A stretch of DNA of 37,728 nucleotides from Bacillota bacterium (GCA_050942765.1 JBMNNY010000002.1:1-37728), one strand, 5' to 3'; counted from the stretch's first letter, positions 18,330 through 28,577 are shown. Program-made: numbers and translations. Notes: generated by a model from the letters alone, not told the origin.

Positions 18330-19181
18330 ATGAATAGAAAGAAACTGGTTTTGCTTTCACTTTTAATGTTAGTCGTTGCAGCCGGCGCAGCCTTGAGTGT
18401 TCAGGCGAATGAACCGGCTATTAAAGATGTTATATTAGCAACCACTACAAGCACTCAGGACAGCGGATTGCTGGACGTGCTGATTCCCATTTTCGAGAAA
18501 GATACCGGCTATAAAGTTAAGACGATTGCCGTTGGAACCGGACAAGCTCTGGCTTTGGGGGAACGTGGTGAAGCGGACGTTTTACTGGTACACGCGCCTG
18601 ACAGCGAAAAACCCCTGGTTGAATCGGGTGTCTGTATCAACCGCCAGCTGGTAATGCACAATGACTTCATTATTGTCGGTCCTGCGAAAGATCCTGCCAA
18701 AATTAAAGGCATGCGCTCGGCGGCCGAGGCATTTCGCAAAATCGCCGAAACCAAATCGCTTTTTGTCTCCAGAGGCGACAACTCCGGAACGCATAAAATG
18801 GAGCTCAATATCTGGAAGTCCCTCTCAATCACTCCTGCTTCTGCCTGGTATCAGGAAACCGGCTCCGGTATGGGTCAAACCCTGAATGTGGCTTCGTACA
18901 AACACGGTTATACCCTTACAGACCGCGCCACCTACCTGGCTCTGAAAAAGAATCTCGACCTGGACATTCTGGTGGAGGGCGATCGCATCCTTCTGAACAT
19001 CTATCACGTCATGCAGGTCAACCCGGCGAAGTTCCCCAAGGTTAACGGCCCCGGTGGCGCCGCCTTTGTGAGTTTCATGGTCTCCAAGTCGACGCAGGAA
19101 ATTATCGGAAAGTTCGGTCTTGATCAATTCGGACAGCCGCTGTTCTTCCCGGATGCAGGCAAAAAAGTCGAGGATCTATAA
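18330..19181 (+). CDS. tupA: Tungstate ABC transporter substrate-binding protein
   Basis: ATTTSTQDSGLL (TTTS tungstate motif), VGTGQAL, VHAP, SRGDNSGTH, YTLTDRATY. Confidence 0.93.
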   Translation: MNRKKLVLLSLLMLVVAAGAALSVQANEPAIKDVILATTTSTQDSGLLDVLIPIFEKDTGYKVKTIAVGTGQALALGERGEADVLLVHAPDSEKPLVESGVCINRQLVMHNDFIIVGPAKDPAKIKGMRSAAEAFRKIAETKSLFVSRGDNSGTHKMELNIWKSLSITPASAWYQETGSGMGQTLNVASYKHGYTLTDRATYLALKKNLDLDILVEGDRILLNIYHVMQVNPAKFPKVNGPGGAAFVSFMVSKSTQEIIGKFGLDQFGQPLFFPDAGKKVEDL

Positions 19182-19200
19182 AGCACGATAAAAGCGCAGC

Positions 19201-19233
19201 AAAAGGGCGGTTCAGTGAACCGCCCTTCGTTTT
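19201..19233. terminator. Bidirectional intrinsic terminator
   Basis: AAGGGCGGTTCA-g-TGAACCGCCCTT with A/T tracts, between convergent genes. Confidence 0.85.
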
Positions 19234-19275
19234 GGAAAACCTAACATGTTTCCTGCCAAAGGTTTCCTGTCAAGG

Positions 19276-19521
19276 TCAGTCGTAACAACCCTGCCTGATT
19301 CCTTCGGCATTGACTGTGGAGTCATAGCCGCAATTCCGGCAACGAATATAAGCCGGCACAGTGCCTCCAACCAATTTGCCATAATCCAGGCAGTCCTTTT
19401 GACATACCGGACATTTGATAGGCTGCCGCGTGGATATAATGCGGTAACTTGGCAGTTTCATGGCATATTCAATCTTCTCAATAATGTCCTGCCATTTTTC
19501 TTGCTCAATAACAGCGAACAC
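19276..19521 (-). CDS. Small zinc-ribbon protein (81 aa)
   Basis: CPVC...CRNC; GGAGGGAG RBS before GTG; own promoter-like motif and terminator. Confidence 0.7.
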   Translation of the reverse strand: MFAVIEQEKWQDIIEKIEYAMKLPSYRIISTRQPIKCPVCQKDCLDYGKLVGGTVPAYIRCRNCGYDSTVNAEGIRQGCYD

Positions 19522-19623
19522 GTTCTCCCTCCGTGCAGATCCGAATTGCTGCTATTTTTGGAGTTGTTACTGATCCGGATACATCATGATACGCAATTAT
19601 TTACCCAAATTGCTTTAGTCTTT

Positions 19624-19650
19624 TTTCTATTATTCTAACAAAATTCCTGC
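19624..19650 (-). promoter_or_regulatory. sigma-H-like promoter (GCAGGA-N17-GAAA)
   Basis: Consensus match upstream of the zinc-ribbon gene. Confidence 0.45.
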
Positions 19651-19658
19651 TAAAAACA

Positions 19659-19684
19659 GAAAAATCCGGTCCTGCCGGATTTTC
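19659..19684 (-). terminator. Hairpin terminator after the 156-aa gene
   Basis: AAAATCCGG-tcctg-CCGGATTTT. Confidence 0.6.
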
Positions 19685-19706
19685 CTTTTAAGCTCATTTG
19701 CTCGAT

Positions 19707-20177
19707 TCAAAAACTATAATTTCTCAATGCTTTAAGTACCGCCTCTTCAATTGCTTCAGCCTTTAACTCATCTACTCTATCATCACTAATATGATAAATG
19801 TCGCCGAAGAAAAACTGACCCTTGACCGATTCAGATGCCTGTTGATTATATATAGTTCTAGAACCCTCCATCACAGTAACATCTACTGTGGCATCAGCAG
19901 TCGTACGTGTAATAGGTACTATTGGCCAAAGCCCGCAAAGTAAAAACCACCAGTTAAAATTCGATCTGGTCTTTATTTCAACAACATTTACTTTTACCAC
20001 GGTACCTGCTCGACCAATTGATTGAGTTACCTCAGCCCCTTTTTTGCTAATTGCCTTCGCAATGGCATCGACATACTCATTGGGGGCTTGCACAGACACT
20101 TGGCGAGCAGCAAGAGCGGTATTTACAAACAATGTAAAAAGCATAACGACAAGTACAAAAACAGCAAGTTTTTTCAT
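19707..20177 (-). CDS. Hypothetical secreted/envelope protein
   Basis: Signal peptide ending ALA, GAGGGAGG RBS, internal hydrophobic segment NWWFLLCGLWPIVP. Confidence 0.75.
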   Translation of the reverse strand: MKKLAVFVLVVMLFTLFVNTALAARQVSVQAPNEYVDAIAKAISKKGAEVTQSIGRAGTVVKVNVVEIKTRSNFNWWFLLCGLWPIVPITRTTADATVDVTVMEGSRTIYNQQASESVKGQFFFGDIYHISDDRVDELKAEAIEEAVLKALRNYSF

Positions 20178-20270
20178 TCAATACCCTCCCTCAAAATGCA
20201 CCAAATTGCAATCCGACTGTTGTCGCTCATGTAAGAAAAGTGCATGTCAGATGCCGGATATATTGAAATC

Positions 20271-20298
20271 ATTCCAGAATGCTGAGCAAATTTCCTGC
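20271..20298 (-). promoter_or_regulatory. sigma-H-like promoter (GCAGGA-N18-GAAT)
   Basis: Consensus match upstream of the gene starting at 20177. Confidence 0.55.
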
Positions 20299-20325
20299 CA
20301 AAACCGAAATAATTCGCCTTTGCGT

Positions 20326-20961
20326 CTACAAATCTCTACCCCTGACAATGTCTTTCACTTTCATCAGACGGGTCAGGGTGCTGCGATCGTTTTCTTCAAG
20401 TTTCATGCTAATGAAGCGAATCGTCTCTTCAAGCTGAGGGATCAAGACAAACTCCAAAGCATTCACCCTACGTCTGGTCTTTTCAATTTCAGCCGCGATT
20501 AATTCAACCGCCTTTTCGACCTCCGCCAGTTCCAGCAATGGTCCGAATGAATCCAGCAGTAGCAAAATGGCCTGGTCCAACTCACTCGAAGTTTGAGCGA
20601 GACCATAAGGCAATCCCTTACCGGCTTCGACCGCCGAGGTAATTTCGAAAGACGGCACATCAAGTCCCATGCGCCTCTGAATCCCGGCTTCCAGGGTCAG
20701 TTTGTGTTTTGAATAAGCTATTGCCCCTGTCAGGAACTCAGGAGACATCTGCGCACGCGCCAACAGAAACCCTTTGAAAGCCTCCGAAAGGCTTTCTTCA
20801 ACAGTTTCACGCAGGTGGCGGTTTTCCTCTACCAGCCCAAGAAACTGCTTCATCATTTCTTCCAGCTTATCCTTAAGCAGCTTATGGCCACGCCTGGCAA
20901 CCTGCAGACGCTTTTTCAGTCTGCCAAGCTCCATGCGGGTGGGATTGACACGCAGTTCCAA
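20326..20961 (-). CDS. ntpD: A/V-type ATP synthase subunit D
   Basis: VNPTRMEL..RGHKLLKDK, EIEKTRRRVNALE. Confidence 0.96.
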   Translation of the reverse strand: MELRVNPTRMELGRLKKRLQVARRGHKLLKDKLEEMMKQFLGLVEENRHLRETVEESLSEAFKGFLLARAQMSPEFLTGAIAYSKHKLTLEAGIQRRMGLDVPSFEITSAVEAGKGLPYGLAQTSSELDQAILLLLDSFGPLLELAEVEKAVELIAAEIEKTRRRVNALEFVLIPQLEETIRFISMKLEENDRSTLTRLMKVKDIVRGRDL

Positions 20962-20976
20962 AGACCGCCACCCCCT

Positions 20977-22356
20977 TTACTTTTCCTGCTTGGGAAGGTA
21001 CTTTTCAATAAATTCATCGCGAATACGCTTGAGCTCGCCTTTAGGCAGTAAGGTCATCAAGCGCCAGCCCAGGTCAAGCGTTTCCGTAATAGTCCGATCG
21101 GTCGTTTCTCCCTGATTGACATACTGCTCTTCAAAGCGATCCGCGAACTGTGCAAATTGCTTATCCACATCCGACAAAGCTGCATCACCGAGAATAACTG
21201 CCAGCTCTTTGGCTTCTTTACCACGGGCATAAGCGGCAAATAGCTGATTCATCGTATCGGCATGATCCTCTCTGGTTTTACCCTTGCCGATACCCTTGTC
21301 CTTCAAACGTGACAGCGACGGTAACACGTCAATAGGCGGAAAAATTCCTTTGCGATGCAGTTCGCGTGACAATATAATCTGGCCTTCGGTAATATACCCG
21401 GTCAAGTCCGGAATCGGGTGTGTTTTATCATCCTCCGGCATTGACAGAATCGGAATCTGAGTAATGGAACCGCTGCGGCCTTTAATCCTTCCGGCACGCT
21501 CATATATGGTCGCCAGGTCCGTATAAAGATAACCGGGATACCCGCGGCGTCCGGGAACTTCTTTGCGGGCGGCTGAGACTTCACGCAGCGCTTCCGCGTA
21601 ATTAGTCATATCCGTCAGGATTACCAGGACGTGCATATTCTGTTCGTAGGCCAAATACTCAGCTGCAGTCAGAGCCATTTTGGGAGTGGCAATGCGTTCG
21701 ATCGCCGGATCATCGGCCAGATTCATAAAGAGCACCGCCCGGGCAATGGCGCCGGTTCTGCGGAAATCGTTGATAAAGTAATCTGCTTCTTCAAAGGTGA
21801 TACCCATTGCTCCGAACACAACGGCAAACTTTTCATCCTTGCCAAGAACCTTGGCTTGACGGGCAATTTGGGCCGCCAGGCGGGCATGTGGCAGGCCTGA
21901 AGCAGAAAAGATCGGCAGTTTTTGTCCTCTGACCAGCGTGTTCAACCCGTCGATTGCCGAAACACCTGTCTGGATAAACTCCGAAGGGTAGTCGCGCGCC
22001 ACCGGGTTGATGGGCGCCGAGTTAATATCCATACGTTTCTCGGGGATGATTTCCGGCCCGCCGTCGATTGGGCGTCCCAGGCCATCGAACACGCGTCCCA
22101 ATATGTCCTGCGAAACGGCTAGCTCGATGGAACGGCCCAGAAAACGCACTTTGCAGTCATGCAGATTGATGCCAGATGAGCCTTCAAACAACTGCAGCAA
22201 AGCTACATCCTCATTAGCTTCCAAAACGCGGCCGCGGCGAACTGTTCCATCGCCAAGCCTGATCTCAGCCAGCTCGCCATATTTGACATCGGCGACTTTT
22301 TCGACCAGCATCAAGGGTCCGACAAGTTCACGAACGGTACTGTATTCTTTCAGCAT
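20977..22356 (-). CDS. ntpB: A/V-type ATP synthase subunit B
   Basis: [43 protein letters not shown]. Confidence 0.97.
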   Translation of the reverse strand: MLKEYSTVRELVGPLMLVEKVADVKYGELAEIRLGDGTVRRGRVLEANEDVALLQLFEGSSGINLHDCKVRFLGRSIELAVSQDILGRVFDGLGRPIDGGPEIIPEKRMDINSAPINPVARDYPSEFIQTGVSAIDGLNTLVRGQKLPIFSASGLPHARLAAQIARQAKVLGKDEKFAVVFGAMGITFEEADYFINDFRRTGAIARAVLFMNLADDPAIERIATPKMALTAAEYLAYEQNMHVLVILTDMTNYAEALREVSAARKEVPGRRGYPGYLYTDLATIYERAGRIKGRSGSITQIPILSMPEDDKTHPIPDLTGYITEGQIILSRELHRKGIFPPIDVLPSLSRLKDKGIGKGKTREDHADTMNQLFAAYARGKEAKELAVILGDAALSDVDKQFAQFADRFEEQYVNQGETTDRTITETLDLGWRLMTLLPKGELKRIRDEFIEKYLPKQEK

Positions 22357-24128
22357 CAGGCCACACCTCCTGTGGTGTTTGCCACTTCGGTACGCAAGTC
22401 TTTTTCAATTTGAGCGATGCGGTCCATTTCCGATTCGGGAATATATTTAGCCCTGGCAATACGCTCGCGGATCGGCATGGCAAAAATCTCTTTCAGCGGT
22501 CGCCCGGCGTTCAGCAGACTATGGGCTGCTTCTCTGTAAGCAAGCGTCAGCCGCAGCAAAAGGAGCTGCTTTTCAACAGAAGTATAGGTATCGACCTCGT
22601 GGAAGGCGTTCTGGTGCAAATAGTCTTCGCGCAAGGAGCGGGCGGTTTCCATCGTTATGCGGTCTTTCGGAGAAAGCGCATCCACACCTACCAAACGCAC
22701 GATTTCCTCGAGCTCCGACTCTTCCTGCAGAATTTTCATAGCTTCGCGACGCAGAGTCACCCATTCTTCACTGCCCTGTTTACGGAAATGGTCATCCAGC
22801 ATTTCGGTGTAGAGAGAATAGCTCAACAACCAGTTAATCGCCGGAAAATGCCTGCGATAAGCCAGGGTAGCATCCAGTCCCCAGAAAACTTTCACAATAC
22901 GCAATGTATTTTGAGTAACAGGCTCGGAGAGGTCGCCACCTGGCGGTGAAACTGCCCCAATTGCAGTCAGGGAGCCGATCCGGTTCTGATCTTTACCAAG
23001 ACATACTACTTTGCCGGCCCGCTCATAGAACTCCGCCAAACGTGATCCCAAATAGGCCGGATAGCCTTCCTCGCCGGGCATTTCTTCCAGACGTCCGGAG
23101 ATTTCGCGCAGCGCCTCCGCCCAGCGGGAGGTGGAGTCGGCCATAATCGCCACGCTATAGCCCATGTCGCGGAAATATTCGGCAATGGTGATCCCGGTAT
23201 AAATTGAGGCCTCACGGGCAGCAACCGGCATGTCCGAAGTGTTGGCCACCAGCACGGTGCGCTTCATCAGCGACTCGCCGGAGCGTGGGTCCTTAATCTC
23301 CGGGAATTCCATCAAAACGTCGGTCATTTCATTGCCGCGTTCACCGCAGCCTACATAAACAATAATATCGGCATCGGCCCACTTGGCCAGCTGGTGCTGA
23401 ACAACCGTCTTGCCGCTGCCGAACGGACCCGGAATACAGGCGGTACCGCCTTTGGCAACCGGGAAAAATGTATCAATCACGCGCTGCCCGGTTGACATAA
23501 TTTCCGAAGGAGCTTTCTTCTCCCTGTAGGGACGCCCCCGGCGCACCGGCCAGCGCTGCAGCATGGTAATGTCCTTTATTCCGGCGGCCGTCTTGATGCG
23601 GGCAATCGTCTCATCAACCGCAAAGTCGCCAGCCTTGATTTCTTCAATCGTGCCCTCCACGCCAGGCGGCACCATGATGCGATGCTCCACAACTACCGTT
23701 TCCTGCACAGTCCCGATAATATCACCGCCGGTGACTTGTTCTCCTTTTTGGACGGTCGGGACAAAATTCCACTTCTTTTCGCGGCTGATGCCAGGTGCCT
23801 GCACACCGCGGTTAATGCGATCGCCGGTTTTATCGCGAATAGCGTCCAGCGGACGCTGAATGCCGTCATAAATTGATTCAATCAAGCCAGGCCCCAGTTC
23901 GACACTGAGCGGGTTGCCTGTGGAGTATACCGGTTCGCCGGGTCCCAGTCCGGTTGTTTCCTCATAAACCTGAATCGAAGCGCGATCACCGCGTATTTCA
24001 ATAATTTCGCCGATGAGCTTGCTTTCGCTCACCCGAACTACATCGTACATTTTGGCCCCGGGAATTCCCTCTGCTACCACCAGTGGTCCGGAAACCTTGA
24101 TGATCCGTCCAGCGTTCATGTCCCTCAC
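22356..24128 (-). CDS. ntpA: A/V-type ATP synthase subunit A (catalytic)
   Basis: P-loop [26 protein letters not shown]; 590 aa, no intein. Confidence 0.97.
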   Translation of the reverse strand: MRDMNAGRIIKVSGPLVVAEGIPGAKMYDVVRVSESKLIGEIIEIRGDRASIQVYEETTGLGPGEPVYSTGNPLSVELGPGLIESIYDGIQRPLDAIRDKTGDRINRGVQAPGISREKKWNFVPTVQKGEQVTGGDIIGTVQETVVVEHRIMVPPGVEGTIEEIKAGDFAVDETIARIKTAAGIKDITMLQRWPVRRGRPYREKKAPSEIMSTGQRVIDTFFPVAKGGTACIPGPFGSGKTVVQHQLAKWADADIIVYVGCGERGNEMTDVLMEFPEIKDPRSGESLMKRTVLVANTSDMPVAAREASIYTGITIAEYFRDMGYSVAIMADSTSRWAEALREISGRLEEMPGEEGYPAYLGSRLAEFYERAGKVVCLGKDQNRIGSLTAIGAVSPPGGDLSEPVTQNTLRIVKVFWGLDATLAYRRHFPAINWLLSYSLYTEMLDDHFRKQGSEEWVTLRREAMKILQEESELEEIVRLVGVDALSPKDRITMETARSLREDYLHQNAFHEVDTYTSVEKQLLLLRLTLAYREAAHSLLNAGRPLKEIFAMPIRERIARAKYIPESEMDRIAQIEKDLRTEVANTTGGVA

Positions 24129-24460
24129 CGACCTTCTTTCCCAAATAGAATATCAGCACCCACTGCCTTTTCCACAATGCGCCTGATGCGTTCCGTTGCC
24201 AGCCCAACACTGCCATGCCGGCCCGGTATCAGCACAATGCTGGGCAGGGGCCGTGTGCTATATTCCTGTATAATTGGCAATATATTCCCGGCAGCAGTTT
24301 CAGTAATGAAAATAACAGCGTGCTTTCCTTCGCGAACAAGCCGGTGCAGGGTTTCAGCAGCTTCATCGGAGTCACTGACTGCATACGTTTGTACGCCCAC
24401 CGCCTTGAAGCTCAGAATCACATCCTGTTCACCGATGATTGCCAGCTCATAAGTAGGCAT
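24125..24460 (-). CDS. ntpG: A/V-type ATP synthase subunit F (NtpG in Enterococcus nomenclature)
   Basis: [16 protein letters not shown]...VEKAVGADI. Confidence 0.93.
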   Translation of the reverse strand: MPTYELAIIGEQDVILSFKAVGVQTYAVSDSDEAAETLHRLVREGKHAVIFITETAAGNILPIIQEYSTRPLPSIVLIPGRHGSVGLATERIRRIVEKAVGADILFGKEGR

Positions 24461-24461
24461 G

Positions 24462-25472
24462 CTATAATCTCTCCCTTAAGATTTCGCGAGGGATACCGTT
24501 TAATTTGCCAACGATAATAATCCGGATTTTGCGGATCTCGTTTTCCTTAGCCAGCAAGTAGGCAAAAATGGGCTCCGGCCCAACAACCGCCGCCTGGCCG
24601 GCTTCTGCAATCAGCTGGCGCAAATAGCTGTTGGCAGCATTTTCGAAAGCTGCCGGCGATGTCAAGGCTTCTTTGCCGGCAAATAAATTCTTGTATCCGC
24701 GGAGCTCCAGAAAGCGCACCAGATTCTCGGCAAAGCGCGCCGCACTCTCGGCATTTTGATCATATAACTTCAGGAATTCATGAGTGGGAATGTTGCCGCC
24801 CTCTAATAATGCCGTTCTCAAAAAAACTACGCCGGTCGCCATGCGCTGGCAACGTGCCGTTGATAAGGCATTTGTTAAATCGATCAGCCCAATCCAGTAA
24901 CGTTCCAGTACGTCCCACTTTTCTTTGCGAGCTGTTGCGGCCGCATACCGGTAGAAGGCGCCGTCCAAAGCCAGATCGACTTCCTGTGGGTCGCCGGATA
25001 GCATTGCCTGGCGGCCTTGTTCGATCCATGTTGCCAGATAATCTACAATTCCGGCTCCGTCGCTCGAACCAGCCCCGGCTCCACTAATCATGGCCTGCAG
25101 CCTCTGTGGCCCAAACACGCCTTCATCAACCAGACCTTCAGGAGTTGTTGCCGTCATCTCCGCTTTGAGCAATACCTTCAAATTGTGAAGATCATAACGC
25201 AAAAAGTATAAGACCGCTATTTTAGGTTCCGGAGACAGCATGGAACGCACCAGATCGTACACCCGGTGCCGTTCATAATCCAGTACTGCCTCATAATCAT
25301 TTTGATTCTTAATTGCCGCAAACGCCTGGGCGTATTCAGTTTCTCCCAGTACACGCAGAACTTCTTCGGCATCCCGGGCTTCCAGCATACGCTCGAATTT
25401 ACCGCTGTCCAGCAAACGGGTTTCGAGCACCCTAACCCGGCCTACGGCAAAGGCAAAGTCGTTTTCGCGCAA
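24462..25472 (-). CDS. ntpC: A/V-type ATP synthase subunit C
   Basis: GRVRVLETRLL, YDLHNLKVLLK, YLLAKENEI..IRERL. Confidence 0.93.
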   Translation of the reverse strand: MRENDFAFAVGRVRVLETRLLDSGKFERMLEARDAEEVLRVLGETEYAQAFAAIKNQNDYEAVLDYERHRVYDLVRSMLSPEPKIAVLYFLRYDLHNLKVLLKAEMTATTPEGLVDEGVFGPQRLQAMISGAGAGSSDGAGIVDYLATWIEQGRQAMLSGDPQEVDLALDGAFYRYAAATARKEKWDVLERYWIGLIDLTNALSTARCQRMATGVVFLRTALLEGGNIPTHEFLKLYDQNAESAARFAENLVRFLELRGYKNLFAGKEALTSPAAFENAANSYLRQLIAEAGQAAVVGPEPIFAYLLAKENEIRKIRIIIVGKLNGIPREILRERL

Positions 25473-25512
25473 CGAAACGCCCTCCCCCGTTTTACAGCCA
25501 TCTGTGACTCAT

Positions 25513-26115
25513 TTATTCAAAGAGTACTCTGGCCACTTCCGGTATCAAATCATTCTTAACTCCAAGCAGCATTGATTCGATCGAGCAATCAGCCTGGAAA
25601 TGCTCCCCGATAATTATAAAACCGCCCTGAATACCAGATTCTACTGCTCCCAAACGTAACTGACCCAACAGACCCTTTGCCTTCAGTGCATTGTTGACCT
25701 CCGGCAAAATTTTTTCCAACAAAGCCTTGTCGGCAGCTGCCGGCCTGATTTCCTCTGCACCGGTTTCCACTGCCTTCAGGATACTGGCAGAAAACAGGGC
25801 TGACTTTTGATCCTGCGGCAAATTGCAAAGTCTATGCAGAGCGAGCGTGACCGCCTCATCAATAACCCGGCCTTTGGCGGAAAGGAGATCTCTTTTCCTG
25901 TCCAGTTCGGACGCGATCTCGATCCTACGCCGTATTTCAGCTGCTTCCTGATCACCATTCCGGACGATCTCACCGCGGCGTTCTTCCGATGCTTTTTTGG
26001 CTTCAGCAAGAATCTCCGCAGCGCGTTCTTCCGCTTCGGACCTTAAGCGTGCCGCTTCTGCTCTGGCTACATCAAGTATTCCTTTTTTCAGCGCGTTCAG
26101 ATCGCCCATCAGCAA
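25513..26115 (-). CDS. ntpE: A/V-type ATP synthase subunit E
   Basis: N-terminal coiled coil, IQGGFII..DCS..VARVLF; operon position. Confidence 0.9.
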   Translation of the reverse strand: MLMGDLNALKKGILDVARAEAARLRSEAEERAAEILAEAKKASEERRGEIVRNGDQEAAEIRRRIEIASELDRKRDLLSAKGRVIDEAVTLALHRLCNLPQDQKSALFSASILKAVETGAEEIRPAAADKALLEKILPEVNNALKAKGLLGQLRLGAVESGIQGGFIIIGEHFQADCSIESMLLGVKNDLIPEVARVLFE

Positions 26116-26126
26116 CGCTCCTCACA

Positions 26127-26585
26127 TTAAATGGCGTTAACCATCAAGTATGAAAAGATAAACGCCAAAATAGCATAGGTCTCAACAAGACCGGCAAAAA
26201 TCATACCTTTTGTACCTTCTTCAGGCCGCTTGGCCACAATTCCAATACCGGCTGCCGAAACTCTGCCCTGCCAAATAGCCGAAAGCAATCCGACTATTCC
26301 AATTGGCAAACCGGATATCAGAAGGCGCAGGCCTATTTCAAGAGAGATCGGACTGCCGCCAATACGCCCCAAAATCAGCATGCCAATGACAAATCCGTAA
26401 ATGCCCTGTGTTCCGGGAAGAGCTGTCAATAGCATCGTTTTTCCGAATTTGGTCGGATCCTCAGCCACAACACCGCATGCTACCTGACCTGCCAAGCCAA
26501 CACCGCGAGCTGACCCATAGCCGGCCAGAGAAATTGAAAGAAACATCCCAAGATAGGCAAGAATCGAACCCCACTGCAATTCCAT
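26127..26585 (-). CDS. ntpK: A/V-type ATP synthase subunit K (4-TM proteolipid, Na+-binding signature)
   Basis: LPGTQGIYG, AIWQG and LVETYAIL correspond to the NtpK Na+ site residues. Confidence 0.95.
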   Translation of the reverse strand: MELQWGSILAYLGMFLSISLAGYGSARGVGLAGQVACGVVAEDPTKFGKTMLLTALPGTQGIYGFVIGMLILGRIGGSPISLEIGLRLLISGLPIGIVGLLSAIWQGRVSAAGIGIVAKRPEEGTKGMIFAGLVETYAILAFIFSYLMVNAI

Positions 26586-26590
26586 TAATG

Positions 26591-28576
26591 TTAAGCCTCC
26601 CTCTTAGATATGATGTTAGTGAACTTATATTGCTTTCTTAAAGGGCTGAATGGCCGCCCACCGCCTTCGAAGAACTTGCCGAAAAACTCCAGATACTGCA
26701 AACGGCTCGGATGCACATAAGCTGACAAGAGATTAAGCGCCATATTGAGCAGATGCCCAAATACAAAAACGATGGCAGCCAGTAAATAGCCCAATACCGA
26801 GTTTGGCAATGCGGCGAATTGTCTGACAAACTGGTTTACCACACTTCCCATTACCGAGCCGCCCAGAGCCAGCGCCATCAAACGCGAATAGGACAATATG
26901 TCGCCAAAGAAACCGATACTATTATAAATCTTATATAAGGCCGCCGGGATACCCAGTAATTTCTTGAACCCTTTTCTTTCGCTCATGGCTCCAATAATGA
27001 CCAAGACTACGGAGGCAATTAACGCGTACGTTATTATATCACCATAAGCCCCCAGTCCGATAAAGTCTTTGGCCAGCATTAAAATTGCCATCAATAAGAA
27101 CAAAGCATATGCGCCGTCTCTCAGCAGGGCGGCAATAATACCAGCCGTACGACTATACATAATGCCGCCGATGACCAGACCTACAAAGCTTTGAACGACA
27201 CCTAATACAACAGAGAGTATTAGAAGCTGAATCGGTTGTTCCACCGGATTTATACCGAACAGCGGCTTAAATGGGATAATATCTCCGAAAAAGCCTCCCA
27301 GACCCAATCCCATAACAATTGTTGCCACACTGCCAGCCAGGAAAACAAGTGTCAGTTTCTTGCCCGAATTTGTCATTGGCAGGAATTTCAATAGCGCGAG
27401 ACACAGGCATCCCAATAAGATTCCATAACCGGCATCCCCTAGTGCAAACCCGAAAAAGAGCAAGAAAAACGGAGCCATAATAGCAGTCGGATCCACTTCG
27501 TTGTATTGCGGGTTACTAAATGCCTGCAGTAACGATTCAAAAGGAGTGATAATCGGACGGTTTTCGAGAAAACTGGGCGGCTCTTCGCCTTCTACGGGTT
27601 CGCGGAACTCGAGATAATGAGGCAGCCCGCTTGCTTCCGCCTTATTACTGAACACTTCGGTGTCCTTGGTGCGAATCCAGCCTTCCAAATAAAAAGTTCT
27701 GCTGCCAGCGGCAAACTTGCTGGCTACAGAAAGTTTATAGCGTTCATTATAGTAATAATCATATGCCGCTTGCAGCTGCAAGCGTTTACCAGACAACTCT
27801 TCCACAGAGTGCATCAAGGATTGTTGTTCGGCGGCAATTTCTTTAAGCTGCCTTTGAAGCGAGTCGATTCTATCAGCCGCCAATTTCCCGTAGGGCGGAA
27901 GAGTCACCTGGGTAAAGCCAAACGGTGCCAACAATAAACTCAGTTCGGCAACATGTTCTGCCAATACAAATAAGGCCAGACGCACACTACGCTGATCCTG
28001 ACTAACCCGGCGCAGTTCACAGCCGAATGATGCCGCCGCGACTGCGTCCTGAACTTCGCCAAAATGCCGTGCCTCAACTTCTCCCAATACCACACGCACA
28101 AGGCTTGTCCCTTTCAGATCCTGCTCACTCAAATCCAGTTCACTCCAGGGCAGGAGGTTTTGCAGATCCGAACGGACAGAAGCTTCCCGATTGGAGAGCT
28201 CAGCCAGCTTACCGCTCAATTCGGCAGCTTGATCGACAATTCTGGCCGCTTCATCGCGTGCATCGGCTAATTCCCCAAACTCGGTTTCGGTCAGAAAAGT
28301 TTTTACACCGGCAAACTGTTGAACCACAGTCGGCTTGACTGGAAAATAACGATCAATAAAAACGATCGTCTTGTCCAAGTCCCCAAGATGGCGATCAATT
28401 TCGGCCATTTGGCGTTCGAGCTCAAGAGCATTGATCTCTTCTTGTCCGAGCACAACCCCATCGTTCTCAGGCATATCAACTTCGATTGCCTGTGCTTCCT
28501 GCAGCGCTTTCAGCCAATATTCACGATCTTTTAGCAGCCCGGCCAGCTTGACCCGGTACATCCGCGCAACAGCCAT
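26591..28576 (-). CDS. ntpI: A/V-type ATP synthase subunit I (a)
   Basis: P.YNEVDPT, GDAGYG, DILSYSRLMAL, VHPSRLQYLEFFGKFFEGGG. Confidence 0.96.
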   Translation of the reverse strand: MAVARMYRVKLAGLLKDREYWLKALQEAQAIEVDMPENDGVVLGQEEINALELERQMAEIDRHLGDLDKTIVFIDRYFPVKPTVVQQFAGVKTFLTETEFGELADARDEAARIVDQAAELSGKLAELSNREASVRSDLQNLLPWSELDLSEQDLKGTSLVRVVLGEVEARHFGEVQDAVAAASFGCELRRVSQDQRSVRLALFVLAEHVAELSLLLAPFGFTQVTLPPYGKLAADRIDSLQRQLKEIAAEQQSLMHSVEELSGKRLQLQAAYDYYYNERYKLSVASKFAAGSRTFYLEGWIRTKDTEVFSNKAEASGLPHYLEFREPVEGEEPPSFLENRPIITPFESLLQAFSNPQYNEVDPTAIMAPFFLLFFGFALGDAGYGILLGCLCLALLKFLPMTNSGKKLTLVFLAGSVATIVMGLGLGGFFGDIIPFKPLFGINPVEQPIQLLILSVVLGVVQSFVGLVIGGIMYSRTAGIIAALLRDGAYALFLLMAILMLAKDFIGLGAYGDIITYALIASVVLVIIGAMSERKGFKKLLGIPAALYKIYNSIGFFGDILSYSRLMALALGGSVMGSVVNQFVRQFAALPNSVLGYLLAAIVFVFGHLLNMALNLLSAYVHPSRLQYLEFFGKFFEGGGRPFSPLRKQYKFTNIISKREA

Positions 28577-28577
28577 C

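Noticed and set aside
19246-19638. 130-aa plus-strand ORF and other antisense ORFs throughout the window
   Set aside because: Shadow frames opposite better-supported genes; no RBS or family motifs
16979-20300. Genomic island integrated at tRNA-Pro
   Set aside because: No integrase and no duplicated tRNA 3' end seen in the window
22356-24128. Intein in ATPase subunit A
   Set aside because: Normal 590-aa length and a continuous sequence around the P-loop
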